Source: a virus
IMG/VR virus record: IMGVR_UViG_3300012664_000092
Coordinates: 1-34,654 of that record
Length of the DNA: 34,654 bases
Reading direction: 5' to 3' (one strand)
Each line of letters starts with the position of its first letter. Positions within the stretch are counted from its first letter, which is position 1. The position numbers were made by a program, and so were the translations under genes. The notes beneath the pieces are model-generated. The model was not told the origin of the DNA, searched no databases, and saw only the letters and a program-made list of their open reading frames with translations. Of the stretch, positions 24,589-34,004 are shown piece by piece.

Positions 24589-24606
24589 ATAGGGGTTTCC
24601 CCCTAT
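24589..24606 (-). terminator. Hairpin directly after the major capsid stop (attenuator or mRNA-stabilising stem)
   Basis: Plus strand reads ATAGGGG-TTTC-CCCCTAT. The reverse-strand tail TTTAATCTT is only weakly U-rich. Confidence 0.4.
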
Positions 24607-24609
24607 CTA

Positions 24610-25596
24610 TTAGGTTGTCAATAAACCTTGCAAGAAACGGTTGCTTGTTGTGAGGTTACCGGCCCAGCCGTATAACTTAACAATAGCATCTTGGTTAATT
24701 GCTTGGCGTTCACCACCGATAGGTACAAAGTTACGCTCTTTGTGTGGGCGGAAGAAGATGTAGTTAGTGTTCAACATATACATATATGTAGCTGTTTCTT
24801 GTGAACCATAACCACCACCCAATACCACATCAGCAGAAGTACCACCACCGTAGAACTTCAATGAAGCAAAGCCGGAAGCACCGGATTCTTCAGAAGCGAT
24901 ACGCTGGATAGCTTGCAAGCTGTTTACATAGAGTTGATACATTGTGTTACCAGCAACAATCAAGTCAGCCTTGTCAGTACCACGAATCTGCTTGATAGCA
25001 GCTTCAGTCATCTTAGCAAGAATGTTAGTTGTTGAAGGAGTTGTAGTTACACCAGTAGTGATTTGGTTACGCCAAAAGTCCCAGTTAGCAGCGTTGATAC
25101 CGCCGTAAGTACCAGTAGTAGGGGTAGCAGAAACAGCAGCTCCCAAACCATCCAAGTTCTTACCACCGTTACCTGTACCGTCACCATAAAGGTCACTAGA
25201 GATACGGTTGAGCAAACGAGCTTCAGAAACTTGCATACGACCATCCAAGAGGTCGATGATTGCTTCTTTAGAGCTGTTTTGCAACATTTCCAAACCACTC
25301 ATTGTTACGCTATCAGCGTACTGAGCAATCTTGTACTGAGCAGCAGAAATTGGGCTGTCAGGAGAAATGTTCAACACTTCGTAACCGCTATAAGAATTAG
25401 CGTTGTTAGTGTTAGGGTCGTTGTACATGATTTCTTCAAGAATCACATTACCGCCTGAGAATGGGCGTACATTGCCCTTGGCGTTTAAGCGTTGAAGAAT
25501 CGCATTGTTTTCTGTTAAGTTGTCTGCCAATTCACCGCTACGACTTTGAATAGTGGTAGCGATAATATCGGTAATTGCTGAGTTAGCGAATGCCAT
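24610..25596 (-). CDS. Major capsid protein
   Basis: 328 aa, directly after the scaffold gene, with a strong SD and followed by hairpin/terminator structures typical of highly expressed coat genes. Confidence 0.75.
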   Translation of the reverse strand: MAFANSAITDIIATTIQSRSGELADNLTENNAILQRLNAKGNVRPFSGGNVILEEIMYNDPNTNNANSYSGYEVLNISPDSPISAAQYKIAQYADSVTMSGLEMLQNSSKEAIIDLLDGRMQVSEARLLNRISSDLYGDGTGNGGKNLDGLGAAVSATPTTGTYGGINAANWDFWRNQITTGVTTTPSTTNILAKMTEAAIKQIRGTDKADLIVAGNTMYQLYVNSLQAIQRIASEESGASGFASLKFYGGGTSADVVLGGGYGSQETATYMYMLNTNYIFFRPHKERNFVPIGGERQAINQDAIVKLYGWAGNLTTSNRFLQGLLTT

Positions 25597-25634
25597 GATA
25601 TATCCTTAGTTAAAAAATTGCCAAAATTGGCTAG

Positions 25635-26696
25635 TTAAACCCTACGGCTCATTGCCTCGCCTAATTGCTCGGACAATAAAGACCGTCTATCCTTTTTATC
25701 TCCTGTGTCAGCCACTTTTCCGCTAGGTGTAACGGAACGAGGACTTACTGCAGCAGCCTTCGCTTTCTGTACTTGTTGTGCTTTGATTGCTGATTGTTTG
25801 GCATCTTTCAAGAGTCTGTCTTGTTCTAATGCCCATACATCATCATTCATACGCACAGCTTTCTTGTAAGCTGTTTCTAGGTCTTGGGCTTTCCCTAACT
25901 CAAGTAGTTGAGCCATTTCTTCCCTTACCACATCAAAGTGAGGGTATTTCTCCACATCACTTCTTACTCTTTCAATTTCACCCATTAAGCGTTGGTTTTC
26001 CTCTTGGGCAAACCTACCTTTGATAGATGAAACTTCCTGATTTACCTGATTTAACTGGTTCATCAGTTGTTGCGTATAAGGGTCAAGCTGTGTTGCCTGA
26101 CCTTCATTGTTTAATTGTATTCCATAATCTGCTGCTAGTTGTTGAAATATTTGCAATTTTTGTTGATAAGGTGCATGAGTCAGAATTTGCTCAGCTCTTA
26201 CCAAGTTCTGCACATACTGAACTGGGTTGATTCCACGACTATGCAAGCTCTTTTCAATAGGGGCAATAATGTCCACTAATGGTCTAGCCCGGTCAGCTTC
26301 AGCCTTATAGGTAGACACTCCACGCTTAAACTCTGTTTCACGCTGGATACCAGCATACTCAGCCAGCTTGATGCCTTCTTCCTTAGTAAGTTGCTCACCA
26401 TTGGTCAGCTTATCCCAAATAGGTAAATACTCTTTTTTCCATGTTGTAGGTCTTTGCAGAGCAGGCTTTTCTTCTTCCTGCACTTCTTCAGGGGCTTCTT
26501 CTGCCTCAGCTTCCATGTGAGGAGCTTCTTCTTCCTCTTTGACAAACTGTCCCTTTTCATTGCGAGCTTGCTCAGCAATATCATCGGTAGCTTCTACTTC
26601 TAAAGGCTTTTCTTCAGGGGTTTCTAAAGTGCCTTCTTCTGCAGCTTCCATAGCCTGCATCAACATTTCTCTACGGTCTAATTGTTCTTCTGACAT
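25635..26696 (-). CDS. Scaffolding protein
   Basis: 353 aa with a very acidic N-terminal third, helical and coiled-coil rich. Positioned before the capsid gene. Confidence 0.7.
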   Translation of the reverse strand: MSEEQLDRREMLMQAMEAAEEGTLETPEEKPLEVEATDDIAEQARNEKGQFVKEEEEAPHMEAEAEEAPEEVQEEEKPALQRPTTWKKEYLPIWDKLTNGEQLTKEEGIKLAEYAGIQRETEFKRGVSTYKAEADRARPLVDIIAPIEKSLHSRGINPVQYVQNLVRAEQILTHAPYQQKLQIFQQLAADYGIQLNNEGQATQLDPYTQQLMNQLNQVNQEVSSIKGRFAQEENQRLMGEIERVRSDVEKYPHFDVVREEMAQLLELGKAQDLETAYKKAVRMNDDVWALEQDRLLKDAKQSAIKAQQVQKAKAAAVSPRSVTPSGKVADTGDKKDRRSLLSEQLGEAMSRRV

Positions 26697-26721
26697 GGTT
26701 TTCTCCTAAGTTATCAGGGGG

Positions 26722-27111
26722 TTATCGTAATTTTGCATGGGCTAATTCAGCTATTTGGCGTTTCCTAGCTTCCATAGACTGTTTGCTTAGTTTTGCTTCA
26801 GGGTGCTTCATGATTGGGTCATTGCCTAACTCAATCATTCGGTGCTCTTTTAAGTGGCTACGGTGATGGCTACGGCTTTTAATCCAAGTGCCGTCTACCT
26901 GTGATACATAGCCTTCAATATCTGACATGACCATAGGTGCTTCCCTAGCAGTCATTTCTTGCTTCTCTTTCCATGCCTGTTCAGCTTCAGGGCTTCCCAG
27001 CTCATAATTCCAAAAGGTCAAGTAATACTCCTTATCGGACATCTTTGACCTATCCGGTGCTTCATATTCGCTATTACAAAGTTTGCAGGTGTGTTTGACA
27101 TTGATAATCAT
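26722..27111 (-). CDS. Hypothetical head-module protein (129 aa)
   Basis: ORF with an ATGA overlap to the glycosyltransferase stop. No assignable motif. Confidence 0.5.
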   Translation of the reverse strand: MIINVKHTCKLCNSEYEAPDRSKMSDKEYYLTFWNYELGSPEAEQAWKEKQEMTAREAPMVMSDIEGYVSQVDGTWIKSRSHHRSHLKEHRMIELGNDPIMKHPEAKLSKQSMEARKRQIAELAHAKLR

Positions 27112-28001
27112 AGGGCCTCCAAAAGTTTAGGTAATGTATGCCATTCTTCTTTGCGTAATAGTACAACTGAGTCATACCATGTAGCATTTTTCCAACGCCA
27201 GCAGATATAGTCATGGTCAGGCAGCAAAAGGAAGCATTTAACCCCCAATGCCCCAGCTAAATGAGCAGTTGCAGTATCCGGGGCTACTACCGCTTTCATG
27301 GCTTTCATGTGGCAAGCTGTTTTGTAGAAGTTACCCTTCCAGCCATCGTTAGGTAATGGGTCAAAGATGTCATCTAGCTCAATATGCAGGGAATAAACAT
27401 CATCACCCACCAACTCACGCATGGTTTCTAGTGGAATTGACTTGGTGTAGTGGAGTGGGCCATTAGATGCTGACCAATTTACCCCTACTTTGCGTTCAAT
27501 ATTGGATGGTCTAGCCTCAAAGTAGCCTTCTGAGCCTACTATCTTGTTTGTCGTAATTGGAAAGGATTGTTTTACAAAAGGTGGGGCATAAGTAGCAAAA
27601 TGAGGTAGGGACATAGACCCAATCCAGTAGTCAGCTTCCATCTGAGGGCCGTCAGTCTTGTTGCAAGACAAGTAATCTATGCAATCCATCGTACCCAAGA
27701 GCTGCATCATGGATTCATGGCACATTACGCTAAGCGTTTTTGCTCCCCATGCCTTGAGCATCGGTAGGAATCTAGCAAACTGGATAATATCTCCATAGCC
27801 TTGCTCCATCTGCACGACTATGTGCTTACCGATTAAGCGTTCACCATCCCATTTAGGGGCTTTTACCCATTTTTTCCATTGTTCGCCAGTAGCTTCCATC
27901 ACTTTAGGATGCCAACGAAACTCAAATAGTCTAAATCCAGCTTGGAAATGACCCATGTGTAGTAGGTCTACACCTTTTTTGTATTGTCTGTAAGCTGTCA
28001 T
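27108..28001 (-). CDS. GT9-like (heptosyltransferase-fold) glycosyltransferase
   Basis: EQGYGDIIQFARFLPML near the N-terminus and DTATAHLAGALGVKCFLLLP near the C-terminus match the GT9 / TPR-associated glycosyltransferase pattern. Confidence 0.65.
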   Translation of the reverse strand: MTAYRQYKKGVDLLHMGHFQAGFRLFEFRWHPKVMEATGEQWKKWVKAPKWDGERLIGKHIVVQMEQGYGDIIQFARFLPMLKAWGAKTLSVMCHESMMQLLGTMDCIDYLSCNKTDGPQMEADYWIGSMSLPHFATYAPPFVKQSFPITTNKIVGSEGYFEARPSNIERKVGVNWSASNGPLHYTKSIPLETMRELVGDDVYSLHIELDDIFDPLPNDGWKGNFYKTACHMKAMKAVVAPDTATAHLAGALGVKCFLLLPDHDYICWRWKNATWYDSVVLLRKEEWHTLPKLLEAL

Positions 28002-28042
28002 GCTTGTACTACCAGTTCTGCGTAAGTAATCACGCTTTCTCC

Positions 28043-28516
28043 TTATAAAAACAACGCTAAAATACTTTCCTCATCATCTAGTTCAGCCAATCTCTTAGCT
28101 TCAAGTATTGCAATTTCTTGTTCTAAACGCTCTTTTGCTTGGCGAATCAATACCGCATTATATAAATCTTGGGACTGTCTTTGCAGGTTAGCTATTAAAG
28201 CATCATAGTTAGTGATTTCTTTTTGCTTAGCTTCTACAACTTGCTCAGGTGATTCTACATCAGGTAAGGATTCACTAACTTGTGGGTCAATCTGTCCACG
28301 AATGAATGCTCTACGAGCTTCTTGGTCAGCCTTGAGAGCTGCCATCCGAGCTTCTTCAGCTTTCTTGAGCTTCTTCTGTAATGCTTTGTAGCGTTTTCTT
28401 TCTTCTGCAGTCCATGAGGCATCATCACCACCTTTTTTTGTAGGCTCTACCGGGGTAATGACAATCTGAAACGCATCGTTTTGGAATGCGTTTACTTGGA
28501 AAGCAGTTTGAAACAT
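28043..28516 (-). CDS. Coiled-coil protein with an N-terminal AFQ repeat (157 aa)
   Basis: MFQTAFQVNAFQNDAFQ..., then a basic/acidic coiled coil. TAATG overlap with the fibre-like gene. Confidence 0.5.
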   Translation of the reverse strand: MFQTAFQVNAFQNDAFQIVITPVEPTKKGGDDASWTAEERKRYKALQKKLKKAEEARMAALKADQEARRAFIRGQIDPQVSESLPDVESPEQVVEAKQKEITNYDALIANLQRQSQDLYNAVLIRQAKERLEQEIAILEAKRLAELDDEESILALFL

Positions 28517-30231
28517 TAGAATGTACCGCCTGATACGCCTACATAGCTGGTTGCTGTAATAACGCCAGCAGAAAAGTTTCCGCTTGCATCTCTAGCTACT
28601 AGCTTGCTTGCAGTATTGGCAGAAGTGGCATCAGCAGCAATAGTGACTGCAGTAGAACCGTTATAACTTGTGCCTGTCAGGTATGAACCAATGGTCAAAG
28701 CGTTAGTAGCTGTAGCCGTTACGGTAGTTGAGCCACCTAAACTGACTGAACTTCCATTGATAGTAATAGCTGAGTTTACAAGGGCAGAATTAGGAATAGA
28801 GGTAAGGCTTGCACCTGAACCGCTAAAGGTTGTAGCAGTAATGGTTGTACCAGTAATGGCTAAAGGTGTTGTGCCACCAATAACCATGTTATTCATTGTC
28901 CCTGCACTTGTAGGTGCAATTTCTACAGCACCTGTGCCTGTAGGCTTAATATGTACATGACCAGTACCTGTAGGGCTAATGTCTATTTGTGCATTAGTGC
29001 CGTTTAAGTTGGCTGATACATCAATGGATACATTGTTACCGCCACCAGCTCCCCATTGGATTTGGGAAGTACCACCGGAGTTTTGTAACGCACCGCCAGC
29101 AGAGCTTGTGGCTTTTACGATTGGTGTACTTACAGAAGTAGAAGCTGAAAGGGTAGTAAAGCCTGTAGCTGCCCCTGTATCACCGATTGTGACTACAGAG
29201 TTTTGAATCAATTTACCTGTAGTTGTATCAAATCTAGCTACGGCATTGTCAGTAGCAGAGCTTGGCCCTACTACATCGCCACCCAAAGATGGGCTAGTGT
29301 TGGTAATAGTAAAGTTAGGGTATGTACCGCTAGTGCTAATTCCTGTACCAGCCGTCAAGACTACAGTTTGGTCAGGTGCAGCGTTGGTAATTACGCCTGT
29401 AGAAGAAGAATAGCTAATACCTGTGCCAGCACTTACTGAAGCCCTAGCTCTAGCATCGGTGTAGTAAAGGTTTGTACCTTCAGCAATGTTGGTAGTCGTA
29501 AGAACTACAGTACCGGTGAATCCGTTTACGCTGGTAACTGCATCGGTGTTATCGACCTTTTGCCATACTGAACCATTGAAGATTGCCCAATCACCAACTT
29601 GCCAATCTGTGATGCCGTTAAGGTTGGTTGTTCCTGCAACATCCACGACATAGTAGTAACCCTTAGTACCAACTGAGCTTGTAAGGGTAGGTGTGTTTGT
29701 TGTTGCATTCCAAGTGCCTTGATAATTTAAGTCACCCTGTAAAGGGATTTGTGAAGCTGGTACTTTACCGCCAGCATCTAGTGTTGCTACGCCAAGTGCA
29801 GCTCCAGCATCTTTAGTTGCAGCAGTTCCTAAACCTGTAACCTGCGTGTAAGCAATCTCAATAGGCTGGTCAAAGATGTTAGTAAGTCTGCCTTGTTGGT
29901 CTACTGTCTGAGTAATGGTTCTTGCTGCAGTTCCATAAGTACCAGTAGTAACGGCTGTATTGGCTAAGGCAAAAGTACGGTTAGCAGATAAATCACCACC
30001 ACCTGTAAGCCCTGTACCAGCAGTCAAAGTACGAGTTGTAGGCACATATCCTGAAACGCTTACGCCTGAGATTGTTCCCCCGGTAATGGCTACGGCATTA
30101 GCATCTTGCTCTGCCATAGTTCCTAGACCAGCTAGAACATGGTCATCATTCCAATCACTTGGTCGGATTAATGACGAGTCATCTCCGTCAGGTATTGTTG
30201 AAACCTTACTGTGGGTGACTGTAATAGCCAT
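28516..30231 (-). CDS. Fibre-like structural protein (571 aa)
   Basis: IRPSDWNDDHVL at the N-terminus. Repeated TAGTGL/ISxxG units, T/G/S-rich beta-type composition. Encoded directly after the portal. Confidence 0.7.
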   Translation of the reverse strand: MAITVTHSKVSTIPDGDDSSLIRPSDWNDDHVLAGLGTMAEQDANAVAITGGTISGVSVSGYVPTTRTLTAGTGLTGGGDLSANRTFALANTAVTTGTYGTAARTITQTVDQQGRLTNIFDQPIEIAYTQVTGLGTAATKDAGAALGVATLDAGGKVPASQIPLQGDLNYQGTWNATTNTPTLTSSVGTKGYYYVVDVAGTTNLNGITDWQVGDWAIFNGSVWQKVDNTDAVTSVNGFTGTVVLTTTNIAEGTNLYYTDARARASVSAGTGISYSSSTGVITNAAPDQTVVLTAGTGISTSGTYPNFTITNTSPSLGGDVVGPSSATDNAVARFDTTTGKLIQNSVVTIGDTGAATGFTTLSASTSVSTPIVKATSSAGGALQNSGGTSQIQWGAGGGNNVSIDVSANLNGTNAQIDISPTGTGHVHIKPTGTGAVEIAPTSAGTMNNMVIGGTTPLAITGTTITATTFSGSGASLTSIPNSALVNSAITINGSSVSLGGSTTVTATATNALTIGSYLTGTSYNGSTAVTIAADATSANTASKLVARDASGNFSAGVITATSYVGVSGGTF

Positions 30232-32528
30232 TATTGAACTCCGATGATTTTGCCGTCAGCTCCACGAACTACAGTCTTAGGGCGATTATGCTGTTCATTA
30301 ATTGTGTTTACTAATTGGCTGATTGCCTGAGCCATCTGCATATTACCTTGTCCAATGGCATCAGCAATAGGTTGCATTGGGGATTCCATAGACTTAGCCA
30401 TATCCTGCTCAGTCATGTAAGCCATAGTTCCGTCAGATTCATCAGAATTAATACGAGCTACTTCAATCTTCGCACCGTTATTAATATGGGCTAGGAGCAC
30501 TTGGGTATTTCGCTCAGTCATCATCTTCATCTGAGCTACCTTCATTTCCATCTCTCTGTCCATCATATTACGCTGTTCTTCCAACTGGAATTTGAGCTGA
30601 TTTTCTTGAGCTTGGTACTCTTGTTTAGCCTTTTCCAACTGCATTTGCATAGCCATCTTCTGCTGTTCCATCTGCATTTGGGCTTGCATCTTCTGTTGGT
30701 CAGCCTGCATCTTGGCTTGCTCAATCTGCATTTGCATCTGCATTTTCTGTGCTTCAGCAGATGGTGGGCGTGGTTTACCTTTAGCTTGCTCAGCTTGGTT
30801 ACGCAACTCATCAGCAGTTTGGTCAATAATGCCTTCGAGCTGTTTACCAGCTTTAAATGCAGTCACTCCGAACTTGAGCATTTCCAAAGCCATAGGAGCT
30901 AACTCAGGGGCATTTTGTACCATCGGTACAGCTTGAGCCATAAAACCACCAACTGCTTGCAAGAATGCCATACGGTCTTGCTTCTCTTGTTGCTCATCCT
31001 GATAAATCATTGAGTCAGAGGTGACCTCAATACGGAAGTTCTTGGCTGCTTCATTTCTTAACAGGGCAATAGCCTGTGGAATCATTGCTTGGTCTTGAGG
31101 GCTCAACTGCATAGCACCGGAGATTTGTAGCAATGTCTCATCGGTGAAATGGTTGCAGATAATCTGAGCCTTGATGCTTAGCAATGTAGTAGCAAAGTCC
31201 ACTACTGCGTGTTGCATAGTCTTTAAACGACCAGCAGCATTGTTTGACTTGATAATCTGAGCACCCAAAGTTTCGGATGGGTCAGTCTGTCCACGCTGGA
31301 TGTCAGCAATACCCATCAACTCATAGATTTGTCCTTTGACTTGCTCCATAGCTTGATAGCATTGGGCCAAAGCCTGTGCAAAAGGGGCAATATCTACAAG
31401 GTCAATAGCACCTTTCATGCCTTGCTTCTCAGCAAAAGCAGCCCAGTTCTTAACTGGAATCAGGGTATTGTTCTCGCCTTCAGAGAATAAACGCTGCAGC
31501 TCTTGGTTTGAGGCATCGTAAACACCACGCACTTTAAGGGCGTTGATGAGTCCGTCAATACGGTCACATAATGTGTCCAGCTCTCTAGCTTGGTCTTGGT
31601 AGATTACAAAGTCAGGGATTGGCTCTAAGCTATCTGTAGTCAGAGTTGCATAGAGTGGCTTAGGACAAGGGAAGAAACACTCTAAACCGAGTGGGTCATC
31701 TCGTTCTTCAAGGATTTTGCCTAATGACTTGCTAATCCATAGCACTTTGCCAGTTTCTTTATCCCAAACTTCATAGATGCAGGCTTCATATTGACCGTCT
31801 GCTGGGCGATAAGATTGTTTTAAATCTTCAGGCTTGGTATCTAATGGGATTTCATAGCCCATATCTTCACCGAAACGCTCTACCAATGCAGGGCGATTCA
31901 TGTAAACCTTACGCCATACGGCAGTTACTTCTTCCCAAGTCCTACCAATCGTGTGACCAAAGTCTTTCCAATGGACATAATCAACTGGGCAGCACTCATA
32001 CTCGATACGCTCTTGAGATTCAATTTCTTGACCTTCAGGTGTCTCTGCTTCATCTGAATCTTCGGTAATTTGGTAGCCATCATCCGGTGCTCCATCAGCT
32101 TCGTCAGCCATTTCGCCAACAATATGAGGTTCATAACGAACCCATGCCACTCCACGACCACCCAAAAGACGGTCAAGGACTGAGTTATTCATTGCAGATT
32201 TGTAGTCACCGTAATGCTCAATCTCAAATTCTAATGCTCTTTCAAGCATCATTGAGGCTACACGACCTATAGGGTCATTGTCCCGAAACCTACGAGATAC
32301 ATCAGGTCTTGGAAGTCGAGCAAATATAGCAGGTTGGATTGTTTGTACATTACTCCATAGAATATTGAAGCGAGCATTAGGGTTTCGGTCATAGCGTGAA
32401 TCATCCTTGTATTTCTTAACGATTCTGTCTACCCGGGCTTCCCAACGCTTATAGGCTCTCTCGTAGCCCACAATAGTGTTGTACCAATCTTCATAAGTGT
32501 GATTGACTTCTGCTTTATCGTATGCCAT
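30231..32528 (-). CDS. Portal protein with a Met/Gln-rich C-terminal region
   Basis: 765 aa, next gene after TerL. The RFNILWSNVQTIQPAIFARLPRPDVSRRF N-terminal signature is seen in podophage portals (from memory). Confidence 0.85.
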   Translation of the reverse strand: MAYDKAEVNHTYEDWYNTIVGYERAYKRWEARVDRIVKKYKDDSRYDRNPNARFNILWSNVQTIQPAIFARLPRPDVSRRFRDNDPIGRVASMMLERALEFEIEHYGDYKSAMNNSVLDRLLGGRGVAWVRYEPHIVGEMADEADGAPDDGYQITEDSDEAETPEGQEIESQERIEYECCPVDYVHWKDFGHTIGRTWEEVTAVWRKVYMNRPALVERFGEDMGYEIPLDTKPEDLKQSYRPADGQYEACIYEVWDKETGKVLWISKSLGKILEERDDPLGLECFFPCPKPLYATLTTDSLEPIPDFVIYQDQARELDTLCDRIDGLINALKVRGVYDASNQELQRLFSEGENNTLIPVKNWAAFAEKQGMKGAIDLVDIAPFAQALAQCYQAMEQVKGQIYELMGIADIQRGQTDPSETLGAQIIKSNNAAGRLKTMQHAVVDFATTLLSIKAQIICNHFTDETLLQISGAMQLSPQDQAMIPQAIALLRNEAAKNFRIEVTSDSMIYQDEQQEKQDRMAFLQAVGGFMAQAVPMVQNAPELAPMALEMLKFGVTAFKAGKQLEGIIDQTADELRNQAEQAKGKPRPPSAEAQKMQMQMQIEQAKMQADQQKMQAQMQMEQQKMAMQMQLEKAKQEYQAQENQLKFQLEEQRNMMDREMEMKVAQMKMMTERNTQVLLAHINNGAKIEVARINSDESDGTMAYMTEQDMAKSMESPMQPIADAIGQGNMQMAQAISQLVNTINEQHNRPKTVVRGADGKIIGVQ

Positions 32529-32588
32529 AGAGTTGCCCTAAATGTTGAATATTTTGGCGAAATGTTAAGTTATTTTACTCTTAATTGC

Positions 32589-34004
32589 TTAAATTCTACC
32601 AATGTTTTGTTTAGGAGTAGCTTTCCATAGCTCGTTCAATGACACATCAGTTTGACCAACAAACACGCCTTTTGCTTCTTCAGGTTTAGGTGGAGGAGGT
32701 GCTACCAACTGCATAATCTGACATCCATAGGAGTAGCCGTCACCGTCATGAGATGCCCAATCATGCAAAGGACTTGAACCGAATGTCTTGGTGACATCGT
32801 TATAGGCATAGCTCCATGCTCTGAGACCATCCAATCCCTGCTTACAGTTGGTCTTGTTGAACTTGACTCTAGGCGTTACCACCCTTGCAGCATTGATACG
32901 GTCAGCAATAGAAGTCATAGGCGTAATGTCTACCTTTTCCTGACCAAAGTATTTCAGAAATATCTCAATCGCTGATTCTTTAGCTGAGAATGTCTTGGTT
33001 CTAGCATCATGGGGTAGCCATATCTTGCCCAATGGATTGCGTTTACCGGATAACTCGTACTTGCATAGGCGTTTATGCAGTCTGTGAGCCCATTCTTCAG
33101 CATCAATGCCAAAGCCTGAGTCGTAATCAACAACATGGTAACCACCGATTTGAGGCTGCCAAAACCACCAAGTAGCTGTATCTCTACGGCCCAAGTCAGC
33201 AGTAATGATGATTGGCTGACCATCAGGGTCAAACTGGACATCATCGCTAATCTTGCCTTCACGCTCTGAATTGGTCAGAGTTCTCGCCAGTATAGCCCCC
33301 AAATTGGCAGCATCGAATGAGCAAAGGTACTCTTGCTCGAACTTAGACCTACCGTAATCCTCACCAAAGTCAGCTATGTAATTGTCTAGTTCAGCCTCTA
33401 GCTGTGCCGGGGTAAAGATTCCTGTCTGAGTTGCATCTAAAACTTGGGCAAAAGAATCAGGATTGTCCTGAGCTGCCTTGAGAGTTGTATAGGCATGATT
33501 TCTGCCCCTTGGCGTAGTGTTAAATATCTGCCAGCCGTTGTTCTCCATCAGAATCGGTCTGAGATACGCTCTTGTGGCTGGGTTAGACAATGCCCACTCT
33601 GAGTACACAATCCCTGCTGGTGGTGAACCAACTAGCTTTGAAGGGTCATCTGAGCCTACTACCTGAAACATTGAGCCATTCTTCAGGGTAATCTTCATCT
33701 CATCGTTACGGACATTACTACGCAACTCATGAGGAAATGCCTCATCTATACGCTTTTTGCCTGTATGAGGATTGATAGCATCCCAAATAGCTTTACGAGC
33801 TTGGGAGTATTCAGGGAGCATATACCAATATTGAGCTACCCTTTCAAAGGAAGCAACTGCAGTACGGTGGAGTGAAAGCTCATCCTTACCCGACCTACGA
33901 TGCCACACCAGCTCAGCGTGTTTGCCCCCTGCTTGGAGATATCGCCATGCTTCTAACTGGTAATCCCTTGGAATCCAGTTATTAGGAAGTCTAATGGTGC
34001 TCAA
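32589..34004 (-). CDS. terL: Terminase large subunit
   Basis: 471 aa. WHRRSGKD is Walker-A-like, with a nuclease-domain-sized C-terminus. The start appears to be TTG overlapping the TerS stop (TTGA). The first internal Met is at residue 62. Confidence 0.9.
   Translation of the reverse strand: MSTIRLPNNWIPRDYQLEAWRYLQAGGKHAELVWHRRSGKDELSLHRTAVASFERVAQYWYMLPEYSQARKAIWDAINPHTGKKRIDEAFPHELRSNVRNDEMKITLKNGSMFQVVGSDDPSKLVGSPPAGIVYSEWALSNPATRAYLRPILMENNGWQIFNTTPRGRNHAYTTLKAAQDNPDSFAQVLDATQTGIFTPAQLEAELDNYIADFGEDYGRSKFEQEYLCSFDAANLGAILARTLTNSEREGKISDDVQFDPDGQPIIITADLGRRDTATWWFWQPQIGGYHVVDYDSGFGIDAEEWAHRLHKRLCKYELSGKRNPLGKIWLPHDARTKTFSAKESAIEIFLKYFGQEKVDITPMTSIADRINAARVVTPRVKFNKTNCKQGLDGLRAWSYAYNDVTKTFGSSPLHDWASHDGDGYSYGCQIMQLVAPPPPKPEEAKGVFVGQTDVSLNELWKATPKQNIGRI

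Noticed and set aside
28670-30247. Four plus-strand ORFs (28670..28960, 28979..29206, 29203..29439, 29960..30247) opposite the fibre-like gene
   Set aside because: They are typical shadow ORFs of a Thr/Gly/Ser-rich gene, with Pro/Val/Ala-rich translations and no start signals.
30501-30902. Plus-strand His/Leu-rich ORF and minus-strand alternative-frame ORF (30563..30826) in the portal gene
   Set aside because: Both are by-products of the CTGCAT/TTGCAT repeat that encodes the Met/Gln-rich portal segment.
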